Source: Acidobacteriota bacterium
GTDB taxonomy: Bacteria > Acidobacteriota > UBA6911 > RPQK01 > G965218465
Direction: 5' to 3'
Length of the DNA stretch: 64,000 nucleotides
Assembly: GCA_965218465.1 (NCBI GenBank)
Contig: OZ244623.1
Span: 2,735,152 to 2,799,151 of the forward strand
A program made the translations under genes and the position numbers. The notes beneath the pieces were generated by a model that was not told the DNA's origin, made no database searches, and saw only the letters and a list, made by a program, of their open reading frames with translations. Numbering within the stretch: position 1 is the stretch's first letter; each line of letters begins with the position of its first letter. Positions 1-9,824 of the stretch are shown piece by piece.

Positions 1-426
1 GCGGAAATGGATGAAGACATTCGCAAGTTTGAAGAGATCGGGACTCACCCAGCGGCCAACTTTTTGGCAATCGGCGACGCCTTGACCTTTCATCAGGGGA
101 TTGGTCCCCGTCGCAAAGCCGCTCGACTCCACTATCTCACCCGCTATTGGGCCGATCGTTTGCTGCAGAGCGACCGAGTCCGGCTGCACACTAGTCTCGA
201 TCCACGATTTGCCTGTGGGATCGCCAACTTCGAGGTAGAAGGTATCGACAGTGCAGAGCTGGAATCACATCTTTGGAGACAGCACCGCATCCTGGTCGTA
301 CCCATCAAACATAGCGAGTTTGAGGGGATTCGAGTCAGCCCTTCGGTCTACACCACCCTGTCAGAACTCGACCGTTTCTGTGAGGCGGTCGAAACGGTGA
401 TTAAGAAGGGGCTCCCCAAGGTCTGA
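1..426 (+). CDS. C-terminal fragment of a class V (cysteine desulfurase / isopenicillin-N-epimerase-like) PLP aminotransferase. The 5' end lies upstream of the window.
   Basis: The ORF 7..426 is open to the window edge. The C-terminal domain sequence (..HQGIGPRRKAARLHYLTRYW..IRVSPSVYTT..) is typical of the class V aminotransferase fold. Confidence 0.55.
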   Translation, partial: AEMDEDIRKFEEIGTHPAANFLAIGDALTFHQGIGPRRKAARLHYLTRYWADRLLQSDRVRLHTSLDPRFACGIANFEVEGIDSAELESHLWRQHRILVVPIKHSEFEGIRVSPSVYTTLSELDRFCEAVETVIKKGLPKV

Positions 427-476
427 TAGCGGAGACTCCCAGCGGGGACTCGGCCCAATCGCCCTTACAAAACGGC

Positions 477-956
477 TCACAACGTGAGGGTCAGGATGAG
501 GGCGTCTTCAGGTTGGGAGGATCCAGGGTAGTAAGCCGGCACGCGTCCGGCGCCGGTAAAGCCAAAGGACCGGTAAAGCCTGAGGGCAGCCTCATTCGAA
601 GCGCGAGTTTCGAGAGATACTTGATCCACGCGGTCGCTTGCCAGCTCCAGCAAATGGGCCAACAGATAAGTCCCCAGGCCTTTTTTGCGCACCGTCTTGA
701 GCACACAAAGGTTGAGCAGGTGTCCCTGGCGGCCGACCAAACTGAGAACGCCGTAGGCCACAATTCGGCCGGCTTCAAACCAGGGGCGACCGATCCGATC
801 CTGTAGAACGCGGCACTCGTAACCGATGTTGAGACAATGGTGAAAGTCGCGAGGAGACCAGGGGGTTTGAAACGAGTCCGTTTCGATCGCGCACACTTCG
901 GCGACGTCGGCCTGACGCATCGAGCGGAGTCGCGGCCGGCGGTCCATGCCATTCAT
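477..956 (-). CDS. rimI: Ribosomal-protein-alanine N-acetyltransferase (GNAT family, RimI-like).
   Basis: GNAT motifs are present (..ECRVLQDRIGR..VAYGVL..LLNLCVLKTVRKKGLGTYLL..NEAALRLYRSFGF). The ATG at 956..954 overlaps the TGA stop of the upstream hydrolase (ATGA). The long ORF-track extension to 1379 overlaps the hydrolase gene and is rejected. Confidence 0.75.
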   Translation of the reverse strand: MNGMDRRPRLRSMRQADVAEVCAIETDSFQTPWSPRDFHHCLNIGYECRVLQDRIGRPWFEAGRIVAYGVLSLVGRQGHLLNLCVLKTVRKKGLGTYLLAHLLELASDRVDQVSLETRASNEAALRLYRSFGFTGAGRVPAYYPGSSQPEDALILTLTL

Positions 957-1642
957 GTGCTCAGACACTGTATTGCCAACCAGTTCAGGAGCGTCGCCAA
1001 TACCTCTTGCCTGGCTTCTGCTCGAGTTCGTCCGCTCCTCTTGAGGACATTGAAGGAATGGTCCCCGCCTTCTATGACCTGTAAACGGACCGGATTGGTG
1101 AGCCGAGACAGAATCGGCCCTAGCAGATCGAGTCGGCAAAGTGCGTCGCGAGTCCCCTGGATAAAGAGTGCCGGGCAGCCGATCGCAGCCAGATGTTCGC
1201 TTCTCAGCCGCTGGGGACGGTGGGGTGGATGCAACGGGTAGCCCAACAAGAAGAGTCCGGTCATTTCCTCGCCCTGGGCGGCCAGTTGGGAAGCGATTCG
1301 ACCTCCCATCGACTTCCCACCCACGAAGAGGTGCTTCGGCCCGGGAGAATAGGCTCTGACTGCTTCCAGCAGCTTGCAAAAGGCCGCTTCCAAACGCTGA
1401 GCTCTATCGGGGGCCTTGCGGCCGGCGTGTTTGTAGGGGAAATTGAACTTGACGGTCAGGTAGCCCTCATGGGCCAGCTTGAGGTGGAAGTGACTGATAA
1501 ACTCGTGATCCATCCCGGCACCCGCTCCATGGGCCAGAACTACAGCCGCTCGGGGTCCCCGTTGCCACCCTTCAGGTCGGGCCCACACCGAACCGATCTC
1601 CGTTTTGGAGTCTACGGCTAGCGTCCGCTCAACAATTTGCAT
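953..1642 (-). CDS. Alpha/beta hydrolase (dienelactone-hydrolase / KANL3-Tex30-like fold).
   Basis: The 229-aa ORF has a GxSxG-type nucleophile elbow (GKSMGGRIAS) and a C-terminal GGDHSF motif. It is translationally coupled to rimI. Confidence 0.75.
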   Translation of the reverse strand: MQIVERTLAVDSKTEIGSVWARPEGWQRGPRAAVVLAHGAGAGMDHEFISHFHLKLAHEGYLTVKFNFPYKHAGRKAPDRAQRLEAAFCKLLEAVRAYSPGPKHLFVGGKSMGGRIASQLAAQGEEMTGLFLLGYPLHPPHRPQRLRSEHLAAIGCPALFIQGTRDALCRLDLLGPILSRLTNPVRLQVIEGGDHSFNVLKRSGRTRAEARQEVLATLLNWLAIQCLST

Positions 1643-2172
1643 GGTCTCGCTATTCTAGCCCGCATTTCTCAGCCGGGGGCGCGATGATCGGGCAGGATTT
1701 TCGGTTTCAGCCGGTGCCCGTGACCGAAAGCGCAGCAGGAACTACGTTTGAGGGAGCACGCGCGCGCTGAAACCAAGAAGAGCAGTGAGGGCGCGCCCAG
1801 CGCAGTCTGGGCCCGGGAGACTTCGAACAAAAACTGTAATTGCCTCAATATAATATCCTTTTGGTCATATACACTCAGCGACTTGGTGAGAAATTCGGGC
1901 TAGTCTAACTCTGCTCTACCCCGGCTGACGGACCGTCTCCCCTTTTCGATTTGCCCTCGTAAATGAGAGAGGTACCGAAAAATTGGGCGCGGCCCCAAGC
2001 CAGGGCAGCCCAAGGCAGGCGGATTTCTTGGAACCGGCAGCAGGTTGGCCTCGAATCCGCGTCAGGTCAAGTAAGAGCAGGCTCGACTCCGGGGTTGCTC
2101 GGAGTCAACCGTGTGACTCGCAGCCGGCCGAAACCAAGTTGGATTTCCGAATTGAAGCGGTTTGGAGGGACT

Positions 2173-2634
2173 TCAGACAAGCTCCAGGATCATTTCGACC
2201 TCGGTGCTGGACCCCAAAGGAAGTTGAGCCACCCCCAAAGCGCTGCGGGCACACAGGCCCGCGTCCCCCAAAACGTCGAGTAGGAGCTGCGAGGCTCCGT
2301 TGATCACCAGATGTTGATCGGTAAAGTCCGGGTCACTGTTGACGTAACCGGTAACCCGAAGCACTCGCTGTACCTGGTCCAGCGAACCCACCTCCCGATT
2401 GACAAGTCGCAAACAGTTGGCAGCACAAAGCGCTGCTGCCTGCTGACCTTCCTCCAACGAGACTTCGGAAACGACTTTACCGGAACTGGTGAGACGATCT
2501 CCCTCAATGGGCACACATCCTGAGACGTAGACGGTGCGACCGTAAACCACCAGCGGCCTGTAGATGGCGGCGGGTGACGGTGCCTGGTCCAGAGGGTAAC
2601 CTAGATCGGATAGGCGTTGGTTGCGAGAACTCAT
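2173..2634 (-). CDS. RidA/YjgF-family (Rid) reactive-intermediate deaminase-like protein.
   Basis: The Rid family signature (..AIYRPLVVYGRTVYVSGCVPI..) is present. The preferred start is the ATG at 2634, which has GGAGG 11 nt upstream. The ORF track starts at a GTG at 2646. Confidence 0.7.
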   Translation of the reverse strand: MSSRNQRLSDLGYPLDQAPSPAAIYRPLVVYGRTVYVSGCVPIEGDRLTSSGKVVSEVSLEEGQQAAALCAANCLRLVNREVGSLDQVQRVLRVTGYVNSDPDFTDQHLVINGASQLLLDVLGDAGLCARSALGVAQLPLGSSTEVEMILELV

Positions 2635-2667
2635 GGGATTTTCCACCTCCTGCAGGTTTGCCCTCGG

Positions 2668-3030
2668 CTATTGCACTCGTTTGGTTGAGGGGTCTTCTTC
2701 CTCGTAGCCGTGCGCCAGAACAAAGAAGGCTACGGGTTGGCTCCCGTCCGATTCCGACACCAGTTCGAACAGGTACTCTTCCGCTTGTTCCCCGGGCAGT
2801 CCTTGGACGTACGCCACTCGTTCCACCTCGATGAATAGCTCACCCAGGGCTCGCTTGCCCTTGACAGCCTGGACAAAGCAGGCGCCATTTTCCTCTATGG
2901 CTGAATGCCAGTGCAAATCGTCATCATCGTAGAGCGTGGCTTGTGGCGTTCCGGCCCGCAAGATGCAGTTGGAGTGGGCGGTCAGCCAAGTCCAAAAATC
3001 ATCAAAGGAGAGGGTAAAAGGTGTGTCCAT
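2668..3030 (-). CDS. Hypothetical small acidic protein.
   Basis: This is a co-directional ORF between the DUF1501 gene and the RidA gene, probably starting at MDTPFTLSFDDFW. Its composition is coding-like, but no family is recognised. Confidence 0.4.
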   Translation of the reverse strand: MDTPFTLSFDDFWTWLTAHSNCILRAGTPQATLYDDDDLHWHSAIEENGACFVQAVKGKRALGELFIEVERVAYVQGLPGEQAEEYLFELVSESDGSQPVAFFVLAHGYEEEDPSTKRVQ

Positions 3031-3150
3031 GTTTGCTTGTGTGGTCGTAAAACCGGGTCCGAATGCTGGGCAGCATACTCCCTTGCAAAGCGCAATACAA
3101 TCGGGGCCCATTTACTTCGTCGCCTGCCCGCAGGAGGCAGGCAGGTGCTC

Positions 3151-4623
3151 TCAGGCCAGCAAGTCGTGGATGATCTCCCCGTGGACGTCGGTGAGCCGCA
3201 TGTCGCGACCGCTGTAACGATAGGTAAGGCGCTTGTGGTCCAATCCCAAAAGGTGAAGCATGGTGGCGTGGAGATCGTGGACATGGACTTTGTTTTCCAC
3301 GGCGAAGTAACCATATTCATCGGTAGCGCCGTAAACCAAGCCCGATTTGAACCCTCCTCCAGCGACCCACATGGTAAAGCCAAAGGGGTTGTGATCTCGA
3401 CCGATTTCCTCTGTAGTGTGGGAAATTTGAGCCGTGGGTGTCCGGCCGAATTCTCCACCCCAGATGACGATCGTCTCGTCCAGCAGCCCTCGGCTCTTGA
3501 GGTCTTTAATGAGTGCTGCGATAGGCTTGTCGGTGGCACGAGCGTTGGTGCGGTGGTCTTTGATAATACGTTGGTGCTGATCCCATCGGTCTACGCCTTC
3601 GCGCCGGGGCGAAAGCAGCTCGACGAAGCGCACTCCCCGCTCAATCATCCGTCGGGCCAACAAACACTGGCGTCCGAACTCTTCCGTTTCAGGGTCGTCC
3701 AAGCCATACATTTTCTTGGTGCTCGGGCTCTCGCTTTTAAGGTCCAGTAGTTCCGGGACTTCCACCTGCATTCGGAACGCCAGCTCGTAGTTGCTGATGG
3801 TCGCTTCCAGCTGGCTCACGTGGCCCATCCGCTCGAGATTTCCCCGATTCAGCCGCTTGATCAGGTCGAGTTTGTTGCGTTGCAACTGGGCGGTGCTCTC
3901 ACGCGGCTGGAGATCGGCAATCGGCTGTTTGCCTCGACGAAACAGCATTCCCTGATAGGAGGCCGGCAAGAACCCGTTTCCGAAGACATCCACTCCACCG
4001 GGAGGAATCAACCCGCTATCCAGTACGATGAAGCCGGGAAGATTCTGACATTCGCTCCCCAATCCGTAGGTGACCCATGAGCCCATACTGGGACGACCCT
4101 GGAAACCTGAGCCGGTATGCATGAAAAAGTTGGCGGCCGTGTGTTCGGAATGGTTGGCCCACATGGAGCGAATGATGGTGAGGTCGTCTACGCAGGTGGC
4201 GACATGAGGGAAGAGCTCGCTGACGGCCGCTCCCGATTCTCCGTAGCGCTTGAAGCTGAAGGGGGATGCCAACACCTTGTTGCTGATATTGAAAACGGTG
4301 TTGGGAGTCTTAATACCGATCGGCTGCAGATTCTCTTTGGTCAGTCGAGGTTTGGGGTCGAAAGTGTCAACCTGGGAGGGTCCACCGTCCATAAACAAGA
4401 AAATGACCGACTTGGCTTTGGGGGCAAAGTGGGGTGGCTGGACAGCTAGTGGGTCGCGAATGCGATCGGCCCTTGCGGCCGCCAACGCCAGATCCTCGGC
4501 CAACATGGCTGAAAGAGCCAGTCCGCCAAAGCCATTGGCACAGCGGCAAAGCATCTCGCGGCGGCTGATGCCAGGGCGCGACAGGTCGACACGATGGGGT
4601 CGAGTGGCATAGGTCGATGTCAT
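3151..4623 (-). CDS. DUF1501 domain protein (sulfatase-like fold) with a twin-arginine signal.
   Basis: It has an N-terminal Tat motif (SRREML), a hydrophobic stretch, and the characteristic DUF1501 core (..VIFLFMDGGPSQVDTFDPKP.. WDQH.. GGEFGRTP..). It lies 22 nt downstream of the PSD1 gene. Confidence 0.9.
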   Translation of the reverse strand: MTSTYATRPHRVDLSRPGISRREMLCRCANGFGGLALSAMLAEDLALAAARADRIRDPLAVQPPHFAPKAKSVIFLFMDGGPSQVDTFDPKPRLTKENLQPIGIKTPNTVFNISNKVLASPFSFKRYGESGAAVSELFPHVATCVDDLTIIRSMWANHSEHTAANFFMHTGSGFQGRPSMGSWVTYGLGSECQNLPGFIVLDSGLIPPGGVDVFGNGFLPASYQGMLFRRGKQPIADLQPRESTAQLQRNKLDLIKRLNRGNLERMGHVSQLEATISNYELAFRMQVEVPELLDLKSESPSTKKMYGLDDPETEEFGRQCLLARRMIERGVRFVELLSPRREGVDRWDQHQRIIKDHRTNARATDKPIAALIKDLKSRGLLDETIVIWGGEFGRTPTAQISHTTEEIGRDHNPFGFTMWVAGGGFKSGLVYGATDEYGYFAVENKVHVHDLHATMLHLLGLDHKRLTYRYSGRDMRLTDVHGEIIHDLLA

Positions 4624-4645
4624 GAGTCAGATTCTCACTTGATGA

Positions 4646-7600
4646 TCATTGGATGAAGATGAACTCACTGGAGTTAAACAAAACATGACCCAGGTCGGCC
4701 CAGGGACGAAAATCGTTGGAGGCGGGATCGATCCCGTGATGGTGCTGTTGTTGCTCCAGGAAAGCCATAACCTGATCGATCTCCTTCGGCTGGGGGAGTC
4801 TGGAAAAGGCAGTGAGATACATCTGCTCGATTCTTTGCCGAGGCTGCAGCTTACCGGCAGCGACACCTTTGCCCCAGTGGGACGCTTGTTGGGTGACTAA
4901 CTCGTTGTTCATCAGCATCAGGGCCTGCGAAGGTACGGTAGAAACGCTCCGTCGTCCCAGTGTTGACGTGGGCGTGGGATAGTCGAAGGCCAGGAAGAAT
5001 AAGGGCAGAAAATTGCGCCGGATCTCAATATAGATACTGCGTCGATTGTCCCCATCGAGGGGGCCCGACTCGGGTTTGCCTCGGCCATCGTGATAAGGAG
5101 TGATGAAGGGCACGATGCTGGGTCCGAACAGTCGGCGGTCGAGCTGACCTGAAACGGCCAGGATCGTGTCGCGGATCGCTTCCGCCTCCAGCCGTTTCAC
5201 GGGCATCCGATGCAGCCAAATATTGTCGGGGTCGACAGCAGAAGCCTCAGGGCGAGGCCGGCTTGACATCCGGTAGGTGCTGGTGTTGAGGATCAGTCTG
5301 TGGAGTGCCTTGATCGACCAATCGGCCCCCAAGAACCGAGTAGTGAGATAGTCCAGAAGCTGCGGATGGGAGGGCCGTTTGCCCATCAGGCCGAAATTGT
5401 CAGGTGTCGTTACCAGACCCTGCCCGAAGTAGTGCTTCCAAACCCGATTGACCAGCACTCGGGCAGTCAAAGGGTTCTGGGGACTGGTCAACCATTCCGC
5501 CAGCGCCCGGCGGCCACTGCCCCACTGGATAGGCGCCCGGTTGTCGTTGGCGAGAACCCGCAGGAAGCCACGCGGAACGACTTCACCCAGATTTTGGTGA
5601 CTTCCACTGACATGGATCCGGCTGTCCCGCGGATTCCAATCCACTCCCACCAGGGCAAAGGCGGATTCGGGAATCTGGTCGGCCAGTTTGCGACGTTCCG
5701 TCTGCAAGAGCCGGACCCGGTTGCGACTCTTGTTGTCGAGCAGCATCGCCATCTTTTCGGGGGAGGGAAAAGGCGAGACAGCTTCTTGCAGCCAACGGGT
5801 TTCGCGATCGAAAGCCTCCTTGCCGATGTGACCCAGAAAGAGTTCTTGCAAAGACGCCGATAGCGCCGGCAGTGACTCGACCGGCTGTTGGAGCAGGTCG
5901 ACGACGTGGCGGTTGGGGCCGGCGGCCATTGGGGGTGGGGAGGGAGAATCGGAGAAAATGATGCTGTCGACGACAATATGACCCTGACGGCTTCGATCGA
6001 CAATCTCGATATAAGCCTCTCGCCTGACGCCGAATTCCTCGACCAGTTCGCTTTGCCAGTGCAGACCCTCGCCGGTTGGTAGAAAGTGAAAAGCCTTGTA
6101 GTCGCTGACAACTATGCTGACTCTGAGTTCGGCCTCTTCATCCGCGCCGGTCTCCTTGCTGCCGCCGACTCGGACGTGCACCCACGGTTTGGCCATCTTG
6201 AACCGTTTGGAGGTCAGACTACCGACCCACTCATCGGCGCCTGCGCCAAAGGAGTTGGCGACTCCACTGCCCTGATGGCCCCGTGCCGGCTGGTTAGGGG
6301 GCAGCCGTCGTTGAGGTCCGCCGGCGAACGCCTCCCCGTCGACCGCCCAGCCGGAAAAGTCGATTCGCTCAAAGTCCTCGAAGATCTGATCGCCACGCTG
6401 ACTTTGCAGGGCTGCAGAGGATTCTCCCCGGAGTGACGTTAACTGCGCTGCCAGTTCGTCCCTGACTTCTTCCAGCGGGCGGACCGGCCACTCATTGCCC
6501 CGGTCGGCCAGCCGCGCCACCGGGTGAAAGACATGCTCGGGATCGTCACAGGCTTCCTCCAGGTAGCGCGTCCACACCCACGGCAAATGAGACAGGTCTT
6601 TTCCCTCTCGATGCGACTCCTGCGGGGGATGGCTTTGCCAGATCTGACTGGCCGCTTTGCTCAAATCATCCGTCAGTCGTTCGACCAACTGTTGCCGGGC
6701 TGGGACAAGCTGATCCGCGATCTCGAGGTTAATCTCGAAAATGCGGCTGGCCAGGGAACGCAAGCGGGCGCTACGTTGGGGAGAGTCGATCACTTTCTCT
6801 CGGACGTTGGTGCTGTGGAGAATCCCGGCCATGGCGTAATAGTCGGCGGTGGGAATCGGATCGAACTTGTGATCGTGGCAACGGGCACAGGCGACAGTCA
6901 ACCCCAGAAACGCCTTGCTCAGCACGTCCAACTGGTTGTCCACTTGATCGGCCCGCGACAGGTCGGAGTCGACCGGACTGTTGAGGACTTCGCCAAACCA
7001 GAGAAAACCGGTGCCGATGGGTGATTCCCAGTGGGTCCCGTCCAGGCTGATGCGCTGCTCCGGCAAAAGATCCCCAGCGATATGCTCCCGAACGAATTGA
7101 TCGTAGGGAACATCCTGGTTGAAAGCACGAATGACATAGTCGCGATAACGCCAGGCATCCAGCTTGTCGTTGTCAAACTCGTGGCCGTTGGTTTCGGCAA
7201 AACGCACCAGGTCGAGCCAATGCCGGCCCCAACGCTCGCCATAATGGGGAGAGGCCAGCAAGCGGTCGACGACTTTTTCAAAGGCATCGGGAGAGTCATC
7301 CGCCAGAAAATCTTTCAGTTCGGCGGGCGAAGGAGGAAGGCCGATCAGATCAAAAGTCACCCGGCGCAGGAGACTGGCCCGGTCAACCGGCGGTCCCGGC
7401 TCTAGTCCTTGCTTTTCCAGCCCCGCCAACACAAAGCGATCGATGGGATGGCGCGCCCAACCGGTTTTCCGGACGGGTGGCGGCTCTTCCTCGCTCAGAG
7501 GTTGAAAGGCCCAGAATTCCCGTCCTGCTTCAAGGTCGATCCCGGCGGAATGACCCGCCTCGTCTTCGGCCATCGGCACAGCCTCGGGCAAGGGAGCTTC

Positions 7601-8050
7601 CATTTCAACCCATTCGATCAGACGCTGGATCTTTCGATCCTCGAGTTTGCCGCTGGGAGGCATCCGCAAGTCAACGGCCCCGTAGGAGACGGCCTCGATC
7701 AGCAAGCTCAAATCGGGATAGCCCGGCTCGATCACCGGTCCTTGATTGCCGCCTTTTCGAATCCACTCCGGCCCATCCAGGCGGAGATTTCCCTTGGGTG
7801 GGAGTTCCTGATCGCTGTGGCATTGGTAGCAGTGCTCGGCAAAAATGGGTCGAATATTCTTCTCGAAGAACTCGACTCCCGCCGCGTCCTCTTGCGGCGT
7901 CGAGCGGCCGGCGCCCGCCCAGGTGTCCGGGGCAATTAGAGCGATCGACAATGCCCCGGTTACCAGCGTGTTCACGAGCAAAAAATAAGTTTGGGAGAGG
8001 TCGCGTATTTCTTTTTTGTGATTCTGCTTTGAGATGGTCACGACTTGCAA
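4646..8050 (-). CDS. PSD1-type protein: Planctomycete cytochrome c (PSCyt) + DUF1549 + DUF1553 domains.
   Basis: The 1134-aa ORF has an N-terminal membrane anchor and a CxxCH heme motif in FFEKNIRPIFAEHCYQCHSDQ. The long DUF1549/DUF1553 body is present. This is the classic partner of DUF1501. Confidence 0.9.
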   Translation of the reverse strand: MQVVTISKQNHKKEIRDLSQTYFLLVNTLVTGALSIALIAPDTWAGAGRSTPQEDAAGVEFFEKNIRPIFAEHCYQCHSDQELPPKGNLRLDGPEWIRKGGNQGPVIEPGYPDLSLLIEAVSYGAVDLRMPPSGKLEDRKIQRLIEWVEMEAPLPEAVPMAEDEAGHSAGIDLEAGREFWAFQPLSEEEPPPVRKTGWARHPIDRFVLAGLEKQGLEPGPPVDRASLLRRVTFDLIGLPPSPAELKDFLADDSPDAFEKVVDRLLASPHYGERWGRHWLDLVRFAETNGHEFDNDKLDAWRYRDYVIRAFNQDVPYDQFVREHIAGDLLPEQRISLDGTHWESPIGTGFLWFGEVLNSPVDSDLSRADQVDNQLDVLSKAFLGLTVACARCHDHKFDPIPTADYYAMAGILHSTNVREKVIDSPQRSARLRSLASRIFEINLEIADQLVPARQQLVERLTDDLSKAASQIWQSHPPQESHREGKDLSHLPWVWTRYLEEACDDPEHVFHPVARLADRGNEWPVRPLEEVRDELAAQLTSLRGESSAALQSQRGDQIFEDFERIDFSGWAVDGEAFAGGPQRRLPPNQPARGHQGSGVANSFGAGADEWVGSLTSKRFKMAKPWVHVRVGGSKETGADEEAELRVSIVVSDYKAFHFLPTGEGLHWQSELVEEFGVRREAYIEIVDRSRQGHIVVDSIIFSDSPSPPPMAAGPNRHVVDLLQQPVESLPALSASLQELFLGHIGKEAFDRETRWLQEAVSPFPSPEKMAMLLDNKSRNRVRLLQTERRKLADQIPESAFALVGVDWNPRDSRIHVSGSHQNLGEVVPRGFLRVLANDNRAPIQWGSGRRALAEWLTSPQNPLTARVLVNRVWKHYFGQGLVTTPDNFGLMGKRPSHPQLLDYLTTRFLGADWSIKALHRLILNTSTYRMSSRPRPEASAVDPDNIWLHRMPVKRLEAEAIRDTILAVSGQLDRRLFGPSIVPFITPYHDGRGKPESGPLDGDNRRSIYIEIRRNFLPLFFLAFDYPTPTSTLGRRSVSTVPSQALMLMNNELVTQQASHWGKGVAAGKLQPRQRIEQMYLTAFSRLPQPKEIDQVMAFLEQQQHHHGIDPASNDFRPWADLGHVLFNSSEFIFIQ

Positions 8051-8503
8051 AAAGTGTAGGTGTGGGCGGCGTGAGTGTCAAGGAAACAGGGGGCCTGGAA
8101 GCACCGAACGCGAAGGTCGGCTGAGCGCTGTTCCGGGAAGGTTCTGTCTCCAGGGAGGTGGCCCGGAAATCGAATTGGACTCGACTCGTGGCGGCCGGTC
8201 GTGGCGCTCAGGCGCGCTTTGGATTGAGATGAAGACGTGCTACCCCGTCTCAAGCGGCAACTTGCTCGGTTGTGGGTATGAAATGGCCGGAAACTTAGCC
8301 TGCTCCGCGTCTCTATCCAGCCACCCTCGTCTATTGACCTCACCCGGGAAAAAGCGAAATCAGCCTGAACCGAGACTGGAAATGTTTGTCGCTCGGCCAT
8401 TGCAGATTCTTGGCGGGCTTGGCATCCTGGGATGGAATAATCAACATGTGGTTCCGACGCCTGAGCCGCCAGGGGGAATCGACTTAAAGAAAGGTGATGG
8501 ACG

Positions 8504-9643
8504 ATGCCGGAATTCCAGCCCTTTGCGATGGAACGAATGATGTCGAAGTACGAGAAGGAAGTCGAGTTCAATCTCTCGGAAAGCGGAGTGCATCCTGTAG
8601 TGTTGCGGGAACTGCTGCAACGAAGGAGCGGCTCACTGGAAAAACTGCTCGAAGTGGATTTGAACTACCCCCATGCCAATGGGACCCCGGCGCTGAGGGA
8701 AAGAATCGCACGTCTCTACGCTGGAGCCGGTCCCGAAAACGTCCTGGTCACGATCGGGGCTATTGAGGCCAACTACAACGCCATCCGCACGTTGCTGGAG
8801 CCGGGTGAGGAAATCGTCGTTCAGCTCCCCAATTACATGCAGATTTGGGGCCTGTCCCACAACCACCGACTGAGACTCAAGAGTTTCAATCTGCGCGAGG
8901 AACAGGGCTGGCAGCCCGACCTGGATGAATTGGCTTCAGTGGTCAGCGATCAAACTCGTCTGATTGCCGTTTGCAACCCCAACAACCCCACCGGCTCCAT
9001 CTTTTCGGAGCAAGAGATGGAAGCCATTGTCAACGTCGCCGACCGGGTGGGCAGTTGGATCTTGGCCGACGAGGTCTACGCCGGCGCTGAGCGACTGGGA
9101 GAAGGAGAAACCCCTTCGTTCTTTGGGCGTTATGACAAGGTTGTCGCCACCGGCAGTATGAGCAAATCCTATGGGACACCGGGATTGCGCCTGGGTTGGG
9201 CGGTAGGGCCAGCGGCCACCATCGACCAAATCTGGGCCCGGCATGAGTACACGACCATCAGCGCTTCAATGGTCTCGAATCATCTAGCCACGCTGGCGTT
9301 ATCGTCTCAAGTCCGGCCCTGGCTGCTCGAACGCACGCGAGCCTATATTCGCAAGGGCTACGCCACGCTGGAGCAATGGTTGGATAGACATTCGGCCAAT
9401 TTCAGAGTGGTCCCGCCTCAGGCTGCCGCCATCGCCTTCGTCCACTATTACCTGGATGTCAATTCCACCGAACTGGTGGAGCGTTTGGTCCACGAAAAGA
9501 GTGTATTGATTGTTCCTGGAGACCATTTCGGGATGGATCATTTCCTGCGGATCAGCTTTGGACTCCCTCCCGAGTACTTGAATAGGGCGCTTGATCGAGT
9601 GCACGACCTGGTCGAAGAGTTGTCGGTCCAGCCCTCCTTTTAA
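8504..9643 (+). CDS. Class I/II PLP-dependent aminotransferase.
   Basis: The 379-aa ORF has an ..NPNNPTGS.. motif, a PLP lysine region (SMSKSYGTPGLRLGW) and aminotransferase fold features. Confidence 0.85.
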   Translation: MPEFQPFAMERMMSKYEKEVEFNLSESGVHPVVLRELLQRRSGSLEKLLEVDLNYPHANGTPALRERIARLYAGAGPENVLVTIGAIEANYNAIRTLLEPGEEIVVQLPNYMQIWGLSHNHRLRLKSFNLREEQGWQPDLDELASVVSDQTRLIAVCNPNNPTGSIFSEQEMEAIVNVADRVGSWILADEVYAGAERLGEGETPSFFGRYDKVVATGSMSKSYGTPGLRLGWAVGPAATIDQIWARHEYTTISASMVSNHLATLALSSQVRPWLLERTRAYIRKGYATLEQWLDRHSANFRVVPPQAAAIAFVHYYLDVNSTELVERLVHEKSVLIVPGDHFGMDHFLRISFGLPPEYLNRALDRVHDLVEELSVQPSF

Positions 9644-9824
9644 ACAGGGGCGACCAGTGGCGAGCAGCAAGACTGGGGCGAAAAAGTTGAGAACGCTTGC
9701 CAATCGAACGGGCTGAACCGACAGAGCTAGTCGGTCAACCAGCTACGGAGTCCGGTTCCCAGTCGGGCCCAACTGAAGAGCGGCGCATTGGGGACGATGA
9801 AGCCACCGTTGCCGGATGGATGGA

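Noticed and set aside
477-1379. A 300-aa minus-strand ORF extending rimI upstream across the hydrolase gene.
   Set aside because: The N-terminal 140 residues are Pro/Arg/Ser/Gly-rich and overlap the well-supported alpha/beta hydrolase in another frame. The GNAT domain begins at the ATG at 956, which overlaps the hydrolase stop (ATGA).
1900-2120. A possible SRP (4.5S) RNA, based on CCAAGGCAG and GTCAGGTC words.
   Set aside because: The words are in the wrong order and spacing to form the domain IV helix-8 symmetric loops and GNRA tetraloop, and no convincing fold was found by eye. It is left as a low-interest finding and not a feature.
2647-2670. Same-frame RidA and upstream hypothetical ORF separated by a TAG; considered as a possible read-through or second recoding event.
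   Set aside because: The stop is TAG, not TGA, with no pyl context. A strong GGAGG RBS sits between the two, consistent with two separate genes.
2905-3750. A 281-aa plus-strand ORF (and ORF 2982..3539 on the minus strand) inside/antisense to the DUF1501 gene.
   Set aside because: This is an antisense or alternate-frame ORF of the GC-rich type that is typical in high-GC genomes. It has no recognisable motifs. DUF1501 on the minus strand is unambiguous.
8034-8540. A 168-aa ORF in the PSD1/aminotransferase divergent intergenic region.
   Set aside because: It is Cys/Arg/Gly-rich with low complexity. It overlaps the likely promoter regions of both flanking genes and has no homology signal.
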